This document shows, piece by piece, positions 10,970-23,039 of a stretch of 64,000 nt of DNA; within the stretch, counting starts at the first letter, position 1, and the number at the start of each line of letters is the position of its first letter. Under the pieces are notes generated by a model that ran no database searches, was not told the DNA's origin, and worked only from the letters and a program-made list of their open reading frames with translations. The DNA is from Octopus sinensis (taxonomy: Eukaryota). The DNA lies in the NCBI RefSeq assembly GCF_006345805.1, contig NC_043023.1:14012001-14076000 (forward strand), in the 5' to 3' direction. A program made the position numbers and the translations under genes.

Positions 10970-11312
10970 AGTGGCATTCCGTCAGGTATGACGATGTGGG
11001 TTCCAGTCGGTCCAATTGACAGAACAGCTTGCTTGCGAAATTAGCGTCCAGGTGGCTGAGTACTCCAGGCATGTGTGCCCTTAATGTAGTTCTTGGGAAA
11101 ATTCAGTGTGACAATGCTGGCCCTTTCAAATGCAGGAAGAAATAGAAATTTATGGTGAAAGAGTACAGCAGGGCTCACCGCCACCCCCTGCCAGAGCCTC
11201 GTGGAGCTTTAGGTGTTTGCGCTCACACTCACAAGGCCAAGTCTTGGAATCAAAACTGCAATCCTATGACTGCGAGTCTGCTGCCCTAACCACTGGGCCA
11301 TTGCGCCTCCAC
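10970..11312 (-). mobile_element. tRNA-derived SINE (head C + tail E)
   Basis: Reverse complement of ggaggcgcaatggcccagtggttagggcagc...; colinear with 18963-19345. Confidence 0.8.
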
Positions 11313-11349
11313 TGTGTGTATATGTATGTTTGGTTATGAATGCCTATGT

Positions 11350-12075
11350 ATCTTTCTCTATCCGCTCAGTCGAAGTCGACTCTCAGTCACTCGTTGGATC
11401 AGTGTCCTCCAGTCAGTTCTATCCTGGGCCGCTTCCTTCAGACTGGCCATGTTCATTCCGGTATCACTCTTCATGGTGTCAAGCCAGCGGGTTCTTGGTC
11501 GGCCTCTTCCTCTCTTGCCACTGACCATTCCGATCATGATGTCCTTCTCCAGGTATTTTCTCCACATAATATATATATATATATGTATACATAAATCTAT
11601 AATATATATATATATATCTATCTATCTATCTATCCCCGCTCAGTCGAAGTCGACTCTCGGTTACTCGATGGATCAGTGTCCTCCAGTCAGTTCTATCCTG
11701 GGCCGCTTCCTTCAGACTGGCCATGTCCATTCCAGTATCACTCTTGATGGTGTCAAGCCAGCGGGTTCTTGGTCGGCCTCTTCCTCTCTTGCCACTGACC
11801 ATTCCGAGCATGATGTCCTTCTCCAGGGATTCCCTCTGCATAATATGACCGAAATATGCCAATCTACGCTTGGTGATCCAAGCTTCTAGCGACATTTTCG
11901 GCCTGATCTGCTTAAGAACTTCTCCATTGGTGAGCTTTGCTGTCCATGGAATCCGTAAAAGTCTTCTCCAACACCAAAGCTTGACTGCATTAATTCTCTT
12001 CTGGTCAGCTTTCTTTAGTGTCCAGGTCTCGCATCCATATGTTGCTATTCGGAAGACTATTGCATTCACCAATCT
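11350..12075 (-). mobile_element. RTE-clade LINE 3' end with tandemly duplicated terminus (11350-11550 and 11632-12075)
   Basis: ATYGCETWTL...WCWRRLLRIPWT...YFGHIMQR...GKRGRGRPRTRWLD...RVTESRLRLSG. Confidence 0.9.
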
Positions 12076-12095
12076 GCCTATGTATATTGTGTGAA

Positions 12096-12174
<79 letters not shown>

Positions 12175-12177
<3 letters not shown>

Positions 12178-12450
12178 GGCGCAATGGCCCAGTGGTTAGG
12201 ACAGCGGAATCGCGGTCGTAGGATCCCAGTTTCGATTTCCAGGCCGGGCGTTGTGAGTGTTTGAGCAAAAACACCTAAAAAAGCACCACGAGGCCCCGGC
12301 AGGGGGTGGTGATCCCTGCTGTACTTTTTCACCACTCTTCTGTTGGCCTGCTCGCTTAGCCAGCGGGTGGTGTCATTCGAAGGCTAAAACAATGCGAACG
12401 CATTGTGACCAGCTATGTGTAACATCTGATGGTCTGGTCGATCACGTGAG
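12175..12450 (+). mobile_element. tRNA-derived SINE (head C + a different tail F)
   Basis: Head as at 18963; tail ggcctgctcgcttagccagcgggtgg...gatcacgtga is unrelated to tail E. Confidence 0.75.
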
Positions 12451-12944
12451 ATATATATATATATATATATATATGGTACTACTATTCATAGATACCGCAC
12501 GCTAGGAGGGACCCTTGCGGTCAAAACTACTAAAATAAACAAATTGTACCGAGTGCAAAACTTCAAAGCAAGTCATTTAAAAAAAGAATTTAGTTACATA
12601 TCACCTGTGATTTCGCAATTAATGCAGAATATGCATTGTATGTTCATCAGTGCAACAAACTCAAGACATATAAGAAAAAACATAACATTACAAACCCGAC
12701 AGCCAACCGTAGAATTCGTCGTAGCATGTACGAATGTTTATCTTTATATATCTATGAAAATGGCGGGCTTATTCGCAATGCATTTCGTGCGGTATCTATG
12801 AATAGCAGTACCCTCTTTTTAATATAAATAATATTTTCAAAGTGGAAAAATTTACGGATTTTTTCTCTTACGAGGTTTTTCACGCTAACTACTGATAATT
12901 TCTTATAAAGATTTTATCCTCAATTTAAAAAAAATATATATATA

Positions 12945-13085
12945 GTCACTTAGTGGTTCGGCAAAAGAGACCGATAGAATAAGTACTGGGCTTACAAAAG
13001 AATAAGTTCCAGGGTCGATTTGCTCGACTAAAGGCGGTGCTCCAGCATGGCCGCAGTCAAATGACTGAAACAAGTAAAAGAGTAT
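12945..13085 (+). mobile_element. SINE family A, 3' half
   Basis: cacttagtggttcggcaaaagagaccg...gaaacaagtaaaagag. Confidence 0.85.
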
Positions 13086-13106
13086 ATATATATATATATA
13101 TGCACA

Positions 13107-13186
13107 TACAAGGTTTCCATAAATTTCCTTTACAATATTGATTTTAAAAGAATGGAAGTTGTAACAATAATTTTGGGACACCCTGT
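13107..13186. mobile_element. Possible Tc1/mariner-derived mini-MITE
   Basis: Imperfect terminal inverted repeats tacaaggtttcca / tgggacaccctg (CAGGGTGTCCCA-like). Confidence 0.35.
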
Positions 13187-13475
13187 GTGTGTGTATATGT
13201 ATGTATGTATGTATATAGGACAAGATATTAAATGATAAATATTATCTCCTGACCAAGTTACACACCACTGTGCTGTTGTTCAATGACCTTAAGATGTGAA
13301 TCTCGTGTCACGAGATAAAAATTCAATGGCAAAAAACAATATCCCTTACAACCTGTTTTGAGCACTACACCTCACATATGCTTAACACAATTCGTATGGT
13401 AATCTTAGCGCTCCACTAGCAACGGATGTCAGTCACCGAGTTTGATTTCGACTTCAATAGTTTGTGTATTATATA

Positions 13476-13968
13476 CTAGCAGTATCGCCCGGTGTTGCTC
13501 GGGTTTGTAAGGGAAATAACTATATAAGCATTTTTAGAGTTACTTCCCTTATAGATGCCAATTCGAGCTTTCTTAGCCATTTCTGTTTTGGTGTCTTCAA
13601 GCCATGAAGTCGTTGTTCTAAAAGAACACTGGTCTCCTTGACAACGCTTTACGACGTTGATTTCCTTACACTTCCTTCCCCACAGCTTCACGAGGGAGGG
13701 AAGAAGGGGGAGAAGCAAACAGGTGCAGGTGTGACCATGGACGCCAACTCCGCCGCCATCGACACACGAAAAATTATGCATTAAAATGGAATAAAAAATG
13801 TTAAATTATTTTTTAAATCGTAGACTCATCGTAGATGCGCGCTAATACTCAGACGGGCTCGATATGAATCATGACTATAAGATACCCGGTTTTGGTTAAA
13901 CTGCACCGCAAAATGTGGGAGGAGTTAGGAATCTAAATCATAGGAGACAGACACTCACACAACTCCAG

Positions 13969-13980
<12 letters not shown>
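13476..13980 (+). mobile_element. Non-autonomous Helitron-type (DINE-1/HINE-like) element
   Basis: Starts actagcagtatcgcccggtgttgctcggg and ends cacaactccagttatatata; near-identical copy at 57272-57778. Confidence 0.7.
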
Positions 13981-14006
<26 letters not shown>

Positions 14007-14281
14007 GTACATGCAGATGAACACACATTCTCAATCACTCTGACACAGATATGGGATTAATCACCTAGTTAATTATCAAAATTAACATGCCTCAGGCATT
14101 TAGTTAATGCTCATAACGAACTTGAAGATTACAAATTGGCTGAGGAACAGACACTTGATAAGGGATGGAGTTTGATCTGTTCAAAATTTAGCGTAGATAT
14201 ATAGCAAATATATAAACACATGCACGTGTATGTATGTATGTATGTATGTGTGTGTGTATATATATATATATATATACATAT

Positions 14282-14413
14282 ATTTATTTTATAGAAGGAG
14301 CTTCTACAGGACTAGAACTGTTTCATTCAAAAGAAATCATCAGGAAGCTTCCTGATGATTTCTTTTGAATGAAACAGTACTAGTCCTGTAGAAGCTCCTT
14401 CTATAAAATAAAT
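14282..14413. ncRNA. 132-bp near-perfect palindrome encoding a type I hammerhead-like fold on each strand
   Basis: 66-bp arms with one mismatch, centre aag|ctt at 14347/14348. Contains CTGATGA 14352-14358, GAAA 14371-14374, stem III ACAG/CTGT, GTA triplet at 14388-14390 and stem I agcttc/gaagct. Confidence 0.7.
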
Positions 14414-14474
14414 TAATTTACTCTATGTATTGAGTACCTTATTACTGTGGTTAACCCCGACTCAACCCGGGACC

Positions 14475-14545
<71 letters not shown>

Positions 14546-14813
14546 TCTTTATCTTATTAAATTTTAAACTATCAAAAAGTATTAAAAGTTTAATATAATA
14601 AATAAATAAATAAAATAATATATATATATATATATATATATTAAAATTTATTAGTTTAATTTAAATTATTTTAAAAATTTTAACTTTAATTTAAATATTT
14701 TAATTGGATTTTTATATTTTTTAATTAATTTTATTTCTATATATTGGCTTATGATTTTCACTGTTTGATTTGCCTAATAGTGGTTTTATCTCTAATTTAA
14801 TATAAAATATATA

Positions 14814-14863
<50 letters not shown>

Positions 14864-15229
14864 AGGGTTTTTGCAACAAGTTGCTTAAACTACATACCAA
14901 AAATATTAGAAATAGCAGCCAAAAGCCTACTATTTCCTTTTACTACAAAAGTAAGTCTCCACAGACAACAATATTTGTAACTCACAAATGGCAAAAAAAC
15001 GAAAAACAATGAAATCAGAGTCTTCGGATTAATTATGGACGTACGTTTCTGGATTAGAATCATAAGACTCATTTCCTTTATCAACATAATATTTCCCATA
15101 AATCTAGAAATGCTAGGAAAACTTACCTTTTATATTTTCGACCAAGCGACATCGAAAGGTATAAAGGCCAACCAGCATATCCACATTTATATAGACAAGT
15201 GAATTCGTATTTCCATACATATATATATA

Positions 15230-15475
15230 ATAACAATAATAATAATAACAATAATAATGATAACAATAATGATAATAATAACAATGATAACAATAATAAT
15301 GATAATAATAAAAATGATGATAATAAAAATAATAAAAATAATTATAAAAATAACAAAAATAACAATAAAAATAACAATAAAAATAATAAAAATAACAATA
15401 AAAATAATAACAATAAAAATAATAAAAATAACAAAAATAACAAAAATAACAATAAAAATAATAATAATAATGTTA
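15230..15475. repeat. (AAT/AAC/GAT)n trinucleotide-derived tract
   Basis: Direct reading. Confidence 0.95.
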
Positions 15476-15915
15476 ATGTTGTGTCCTTCGGGTTCGAAGA
15501 TGACCATTGACATCATTTGGTGGAATCGTGATGTCATGACGTGCGCGTGACTTGGATTATAGAGAGGGTGACCTGCGCAGGATCAGCCTCACTCTCTCAT
15601 CCTGGTGTGCCGGATCCAGTGGCAAGACAAAGTCAGAATGGCTGGAGGTAGACCAGGATGCAGGAGCTGCCGGAATGTGGCACGCATGGTGCAATCCAAC
15701 TACCTTAGGGGCTCCACTCCGGATTTATGTATGTTTTTGGATGGCCATTGACTCGTGAGAGTTCCTCTGCCCTTTGACAGGTTTTGTTTTTAGTCCTGCT
15801 GGGTGTCCAAATCACCCTCCTCACCGAGAAATCTTGGTGGGGTTGCCAGTTTAGTCGCCAACAACCCGACCATGTAACAGGTTGTACTGGGTTACATGTT
15901 ACCAGTAGCTCCAAG

Positions 15916-15953
15916 CTACACACACAACACACACACATATATATACACACACA

Positions 15954-15993
<40 letters not shown>

Positions 15994-16141
15994 CACACAC
16001 ACACATATATATACACACACACACATATATATACACACACACACATATATATACACACACACACATATATATACACACACACACATATATATACACACAC
16101 ACACATATATATACACACACACACATATATACACACACACA

Positions 16142-16173
<32 letters not shown>

Positions 16174-16208
16174 TATATACACACACACATACACATATAT
16201 ATATATAT

Positions 16209-16257
<49 letters not shown>

Positions 16258-16275
16258 CATACACGCACACATATA
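15916..16275. repeat. Compound (CA)n(TA)n microsatellite with ~20-bp period
   Basis: Direct reading. Confidence 0.95.
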
Positions 16276-16751
16276 TAGGCACAGAAGTGGCTGTGTGGTA
16301 AGCTGTAAGGTGTCTTCTATTACCATGGGCTAACTGAAACTTTGTGGATTTGGTAGACAGAAACTGAAAGAAGCTGTTTGTGTGTGCATACAAGCACACA
16401 CATACATGTGTCTGGTAAGGACAAGAGGTGGGGTGCAGCCAGTTCAATTCTACTATTTGGCTTATTCTGTCAAATGTAATATTTATTCACATTGTTTTGA
16501 ATTAATCATACATTATCTCATAGCTTTGGGATGACAATGCCATCGTATGCTTTTAAAATGGCATGAGGGGTCAGGCCTGGCTGATTTGAGCATAAAACAA
16601 GTAGAATATTTGGGCTGGATATGGCTTGTTTGAATGTTACAGGGCCAAATATTTTTGCTTTATCCATATAGCTGTGGTCATACTGGAGCATCACTGATTT
16701 TGCACCTACCTTTTCTCACACCTGTCTTATTTGGTTGATTTCTGCACGTAA

Positions 16752-17482
16752 AAAAAACATCTGATCGTGGCCGTTTGCCAGCCTCGCCTGGCCCCCGTGC
16801 CAGTGACATGTAAAAAGCACCATCCGATCGTGGCCGTTTGCCAGCCTCGCCTGGCCCCCGTGCCAGTGACATGTAAAAAGCACCATCCGATCGTGGCCGT
16901 TTGCCAGCCTCGCCTGGCCCCCGTGCCAGTGACATGTAAAAAGCACCATCCGATCGTGGCCGTTTGCCAGCCTCGCCTGGCCCCCGTGCCAGTGACATGT
17001 AAAAAGCACCATCCGATCGTGGCCATTTGCCAGCCTCGCCTGGCCCCCGTGCCAGTGACATGTAAAAAGCATCATCCGATCGTGGCTGTTTGCCAGCCTC
17101 GTCTGGCCCTCGTGCCGGTGGAACGTAAAAAGCACCATCTGATCGTGGCCATTTGCCAGCCTCGCCTGGCCCCCGTGCCAGTGACATGTAAAAAGCACCA
17201 TCTGATCGTGGCCATTTGCCAGCCACGCCTGGCCCTCATGCCGGTGGCACGTAAAAAGCACCATCCGATCGTGGCCGTTTGCCAGCCTCGTCTGGCACCT
17301 GTACCGGTGCCACATGAAAGCACCCACTACACTCGCGGAGTGGTTGGTGTTAGGAAGGGCATCCAGCCGTAGAAACATTGCCAGATCTGACTGGGCCTGG
17401 TGCAGCCTTCTGGCTTCCCAGACCCCAGTTGAACCGTCCAACCCATACTAGCATGGAAAGCGGACGCTAAACGATGATGATG
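16752..17482 (+). mobile_element. Family D element carrying ~9 tandem copies of a 63-bp internal unit
   Basis: catccgatcgtggccgtttgccagcctcgcctggcccccgtgccagtgacatgtaaaaagcac repeats, followed by the family D 3' end and (GAT)n. Confidence 0.85.
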
Positions 17483-18306
17483 GGATTTCAAATGCGCATT
17501 CCTGCAAGTGCTTTTCCCTGGTTGCAGATTCCTTTGGTGTATGAGGCCGTTTGACATTGCTGCCTTCATCTGTACCTTTTTACCAGGACGTTGGTATAAC
17601 TGGTATCATGGATAGGTGAATGTCCAGTTTCTTTTTAAAGACATCGACTTTGTGTAGGTTTCTTAATTTTTTTGGCAGGGCATTGAAGAGCTGTGGGCCT
17701 TTAAACCCTCAGCTATTGCAGTAGCTGGTTCTGATTTTGGATATTTTCTTCTTGGTAGTGGGATTTCATATCACTACTCTTGCATGTGCATTTTACCCTG
17801 GTTGTAGGCCCATTCTGTGTACTTCACACAGGACATTGGTCTATTTGGTATCATGGATAGAATGTCCAGTTCCTTTTTAAAGACATCCACTTTGTGTAGG
17901 TTTCTTGATCTTTTTCGAGGTTGGCCCCTTCTGTGTACAAGGGAGTTTGACACTGTTGCTCTCATCCGTACTTCACACCAGGACATTGGTCTATCTGGTA
18001 TCATGGCTGGAATGTCCAGTTCCTTTTTAAAGACATCCACTTTGTGTAGGTTTCTTGATCTTTTTCGAGGACATAAGAGCTGTAGGCATTTAAACCCTAA
18101 TCACTACTCTTGCATGTGCATTTTACCCTGGTTGTCGGCCCCCTTCTGTGTATAAGGGAGTTTGACACTGTTGCTCTCATCCGTACTTCACACCAGGACA
18201 TTCGTCTATTTGGTATCATGGATGGAATGTCCAGTTCCTTTTTAAAGACATCCACTTTATGTAGGTTTCTTAATTTCTTTGGAGAGCATTAAAGAGCCGT
18301 TGGCCT

Positions 18307-18749
18307 TTAACCCTTTTGTTACTGTATTTATTTTGAGATGCTCTGTGTCTCTTTCAGTTACTTTAAATATAACAAAGAATTTGGGACAATAACATAGTTA
18401 TCATGAAGCTAGTGTTAGGAACATAAATTGTGACTAAGGTTTGGTGGGAGATTTTAATTCAAAACTTATGAAAACATGACATTTGTACTTCAGAGCCAGA
18501 GGTGGTTTCAGCCAAGTTGGTATCAAAAGGGTTAATTGTTTCTCTATTATATATTTTAAGCCTTTTGCTACCGTTTTCCGTAAATATAACAGAATTTAGT
18601 AAAATAAGTTGATTATCATTAAGCTAGTGTTAGGAACATAAATTGTGACTAAGGTTTGGTGGTATATTTTAATTCAAAACTTACAAAAACAAGACATTTG
18701 TACTCAGAGCCAGGGCCAGTTTCAGCCGGGTTGGTAATGAAAGGGTTAA
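18307..18749. mobile_element. Two tandem piggyBac-type MITEs (18307-18535, 18556-18749)
   Basis: TTAA-cccttttgttac...gtatcaaaaggg-TTAA; the pair sits at the TTAA of the LINE sequence gcctttaaaccctcag. Confidence 0.7.
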
Positions 18750-18962
18750 ACCCTCAGATATTGCAGTACCTGGTCCTGATTTTGAATGGTGTGGACGATG
18801 CTTTTGGTAATATGCAATGTCATCCAGTACGGGCATTCGTGTAACTATTGATGCCAGAATTAGGTACTAGCCCTTCCAGAATTTTCCGTGTGTAGATTAT
18901 ATTTCTCAAGCCGTCATTCCAGGGAGTAAAGCCACTGGTTTTCCAGCCCCTCCTTACATATA

Positions 18963-19345
18963 TGTGGAGGCGCAATGGCCCAGTGGTTAGGGCAGCGGAC
19001 TCACGGTCATAGGATCGCGGTTTCAATTCCCAGACCGGGCGTTGTGAGTGTTTATTGAGCGAAAACACCTAAAGCTTCATGAGGCTCTGGCAGGGGATGG
19101 TGGTGATCCCTGCTGTACTCTTTCACCACAACTTTCTCTCACTCTTACTTCCTGTTTCTGTTGTACCTGTATTTCAAAGAGCCGGCTTTGTCACTCTCTG
19201 TGTCACGCTGAATATCCCCGAGAACTACGTTAAGGGTACACGTGTCTGTGGAGTGCTCAGCCACTTACACGTTAATTTCACGAGCAGGCTGTTCCATTGA
19301 TCGGATCAACCGGAACCCTCGTCGTCGTAACCGACGGAGTGCTTC
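18963..19345 (+). mobile_element. tRNA-derived SINE (head C + tail E)
   Basis: A/B-box-like TGGCCCAGTGG / GGTTTCAATTCC; tail ends cgtcgtcgtaaccgacggagtgc. Confidence 0.85.
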
Positions 19346-19829
19346 CATCACATATATGTACCCTTTCCACAGCCCTATTATGCTGATTTCTTGTGGTGGG
19401 ATTTCATATCACTACTCTTAGATGTGCATTTTACCATGGTTGTAGGCCCCTTCTGTGTACAAGGGAGTTTGACACTGTTGCTCTCATCCGTACTTCACAC
19501 CAGGACATTGGTCTATCTGGTATCATGGCTGGAATGTCCAGTTCCTTTTTAAAGACATCCACTTTGTATAGGTTTCTTAATCTTTTTCGAGGACATAAAA
19601 GAGCTGTGGGCCTTCAAACCCTAAGTTATTGTAGTACCTGGTCCTGACTTTAGATGGGGAGGCACAGGGCTTAGTGGTTAGGGTATTGAATTCATGATCA
19701 TAAGATTGTGATTTTGGTTCCTGGACTGGGTGATACATTGTGTTCTTAAGCGAGTACTTCATATTCACTCAGTTGGCAAAAATTAGTATTTGAGACAGAC
19801 CAGCATCCAATCAGGAAAGGAACATATAT

Positions 19830-20225
19830 GGAGGTGCAGGAGTGGCTGTGTGGTAAGTAGCTTGTTTACCAACCGCATGGTTCCGGGTTCAGTCCCACTG
19901 CGTGGCACCTTGGGGAAGTGTCTTCTACTGTAGCCTCGGGCCGACCAAAGCCTTGTGAGTGGATTTGGTAGACAGAAACTGAAAGAAGCCCATTGTATAT
20001 ATGTATATATATATATATATTTGTGTGTCTGTGTTTGTCCCCTAGCATTGCTTGACAACCGATGCTGGTGTGTTTATGTCCCCGTTACTTAGCGGTTCGG
20101 CAAAGGAGACCGATAGAATAAGTACTGGGCTTACAAAAGAATAAGTCCCGGGGTCGAGTTGCTCGATTAAAGGCGGTGCTCCAGCATGGCCGCAGTCAAA
20201 TGACTGAAACAAGTAAAAGAGTAAA

Positions 20226-20228
<3 letters not shown>
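19830..20228 (+). mobile_element. SINE family A
   Basis: Full head, microsatellite and tail. Confidence 0.9.
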
Positions 20229-20275
<47 letters not shown>

Positions 20276-20844
20276 TAGCAGTATTGCCCGGCTTTGTGTG
20301 ACTATTAATCACACAGGAAATTTGATTAATCTGAGTACAAAATCAATACTTACACAATGTACGTACGTGCACTCGTGCGTTCTATGCACGTGCGAATTAA
20401 GCTAAATTTGGATGAAGTTCAATCAAAATTCAATTATTTTGGTTTAAAAATCAAGCATTTAATGCCCTCTATTTTTGCGCTTGTGTTCCATTTCCTCAGT
20501 AGGAAGTACGTAGAAGCATTTCATAAATTTTTGTTGATCAAATAATTGCATTGATGAAAAGAGGGTTATGGCTGTATATTCCAGGTTTCAAGTGTTTCTA
20601 TAATTTCTATAGAAAATCTGTAGATAACCCTATCAAATGATGTAAAGTACAGTAGAACGGGGTATTAACTTATAAAAACGTTTAATATACTTTATTATAT
20701 CATGGTTGCATAACGAAAATACCACATGTCTACAAGTCAATAATATTACATGTTCTGCCTTCACTCTAAGGAATAGTTTTTTTTTTTTTTCAATTTTTCT
20801 TTGTAGCTCATCTGCTGTACCATTACAATCTTTTTTAGTGTAAT

Positions 20845-21240
20845 GGGGTTAGACTTGTTGTTGTTGTTAAGGAACATGATGGGTAAGGGTGATTAGGTGA
20901 TGGTCTAGGGCTTAGGGGCGGGAGACCCCAGACCTTGGGAAAAAAAACTTTGGTCGTCTTGTAGTCGAGGGCTCTTCGTTGACGCCCGACACCACTGGGA
21001 GGTGGCTCTTGAAGTCGCTGGAAATGGAGATCTCCAGGTCCAAGTTCTTGAACGGCTGCTGTTGTTGTTGTTGTTAAGCAATTAGACGGTTTAGGTTGAT
21101 TAGGTGATGGTCTAGGGCTTAGGGGCAGGAGACCCCAGACCTTGGAAAAAAACAAACTTTGGTTGTCTTGTAGTCGAGGGCTCTTCGTTGACGCCCGACA
21201 CCATTGGGAGGTGGCCCTTGAAGTCGCTGAAAATGGTGAT
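20845..21240. repeat. Tandem duplication (~2 units) ending in (CAA)n on the minus strand
   Basis: gtgatggtctagggcttaggggc..gaccccagacc...gaagtcgctg occurs twice. Confidence 0.8.
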
Positions 21241-21775
21241 CGCCAGGTCCAAGTTCTGTCTGTTGACCTCACCATTTACATAAAACGTAGCTTTGTCACT
21301 GAACAACAAAGTTTTTCGTAAAATTGATATTTTCATCCAATTTATCTGAAAACCATTCGAACGTCTACATTCGTCTATCAGGGTCGTCTTCATTTAAGTG
21401 TTGCAATATCTGTAGGTTGTATCGATGAAACTTTTCCTCATCCAGCATTTTGTGTATGGTTGGTTTTGGAACACCTAACACCGTGGATGTCCGAAGTGAT
21501 TTCTTTGGGCTAGCAGAAACTTTAGCCATCACAGGTCTTTGGTCGCCCGGAACGGTGTTTATCCAAAACACTGCCTGTTTCTTTAAATGTTTTGATCAAT
21601 TTCCCGACGGCAGTAAAATAAATAGGTTGCCTATAAGGGTGTCGAAGATTAAATTCTTCCGCAATTTTGCGATAAGACCATCCCTCTCGTCCACTTATTA
21701 ATACTAACTCGATTCTTCTTTAGACAGATCCATGATTCGATCTGGGATTCTTTCTTCTTTAGATAGAGCTGCCAT
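21240..21775 (-). mobile_element. Tc1/mariner-superfamily transposase remnant (rosa/maT-like N-terminal half)
   Basis: MAALSKEERI..LISGREGWSYRKIAEEFNLRHP..FKETGSVLDKHRSGRP / KFHRYNLQILQHLNEDDPDRR / LLFSDKATFYVNGEVNRQN; frameshifted. Confidence 0.85.
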
Positions 21776-22061
21776 TCGATCATCTGCAACCGTTTCAGAA
21801 AAGTGGTTGTACGAAGTATTTGAAATTCAGCCCTCCTTCCTCAGGGTTCCTTTCTCGAGGGTAAAATCCCGCAAACAGCAGTAAGGCACCACATGGTGAA
21901 TATTCCCATAACATTTGCCATAAAGGCAGTACATAGAGTGAGTTAGCTTTGCGGGCTGGACGAGGACATTAATGAAGTGAATGATAAATGAAAGAAAGAT
22001 AAGGATGGGAGAAGACAAAAAGCGCCCGCCGACTTCTGCTTCTCTAAAACATTGTTCTTTT

Positions 22062-22460
22062 AAAAACAAACACAAAACGAGGTATCAAACCTTTTACAAT
22101 TTTCAATTTTTGGACTTAACAGTCCATTACTAATAACAACATAGTTCAATAATTACATATATAAATACAATACACAAAGCCCCTCCTCCCAGACCTGGCT
22201 TACACTTAGGAATGCGCCAGCTCTAGGTCAGGGCCCCTCAAGTTGTGTCACAATTTGTTCTTTAAAATCAAACACAAAACGAGGTATCAAACCTCTTACA
22301 ATTTTCAATTTTTGGACTTAGCAGTCCATTACTAATAACAACATAGTTCAATAATTACATATATAAATACAATACACAAAGCCCCTCCTCCCAGACCTGG
22401 CTTACACTTCCCTTAGGAATGCGCCAGCTCTAGGTCGGGGCCCCTCAAGTTGTATCACAA
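22062..22460. repeat. ~190-bp tandem duplication covering the end of the orphan ORF and its downstream flank
   Basis: aaacacaaaacgaggtatcaaacc...cccctcaagttgt occurs twice. Confidence 0.9.
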
Positions 22461-23008
22461 TTTGACTCGTCCTCGAAATAACTTGTGCCCGCACCCTCCA
22501 CCATCCACCACGCCTCCTTCAGAACGTAATCGAGTTCCGAGTTAGCGTCACCCGGGACCAAGCTATAATCTTCATTGAGCTCCTTCAGCCCAAGCGTCAC
22601 ATCGAACGCCACGGCCTCCACAGCTACCTGCGGAAGCCATTCGGGGTCCTGTGTGAAGGCTAAAGGTGCTCCCTTGTGGTGCTTTTCCATCACCTTTTCA
22701 ATCTCTCCGCCTCTATGGAAGAGGATCAATACCACGTTTTTGCTCGGGTGTGGGATATTCAATTCTTTCGTTGGCGGCACAGTTCCCACCAACGGTATTT
22801 CTTCTCCTGTCGGTGGCACAACCCCAACCGACGTAGTTCCGGGACATTCCGGTGCTATGTCACCGACAGCCAGTAATGTCCCGTTTCTCTTCCTCTTTTT
22901 CTTTTTTTTCTTTTCAGCTGAGGGAGGGTGCGTCTCCTCCGTGGCTGGAAGATTCGCCTTTCCCTCCTCATCCCTAGTATCCTTTGGTGAGCACCCATTG
23001 TTGCTCAC
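22445..23008 (-). other. Orphan GC-rich open frame (187 aa, no ATG), origin unknown
   Basis: Uninterrupted frame with a KKKKKKRKR tract; no family motif recognised. Confidence 0.35.
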
Positions 23009-23039
23009 CTTCCTCTTTCGGAAGCTCTGCTGTTAGTTT

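Larger units (their letters stand above)
17485..19650 (-). mobile_element. CR1/L2-like LINE 3' region with ~5 tandem/dispersed duplications of its terminus, interrupted by MITEs and a SINE
   Basis: Minus-strand peptides IIYTRKILEGLVPNSGI, RTRYCN.GF.GPQLFN.LPK.LRNLHKVDVFKKELD..IPDRP..RATVSNSLVH. Confidence 0.7.

Noticed and set aside
14540-14880. AT-rich block as a mitochondrial control-region NUMT
   Set aside because: No recognisable mitochondrial gene or tRNA; low complexity alone is not evidence.
15187-16447. Ile/Asn-rich and (YT/HT/CV)n ORFs
   Set aside because: Microsatellite translations.
21940-22030. HDV-like ribozyme hints on the minus strand (GGCGGGC/GCCCGC, TCCTCGT, GCTAA)
   Set aside because: P3 does not pair (ATG versus CCA), and P1.1 and P4 are missing.
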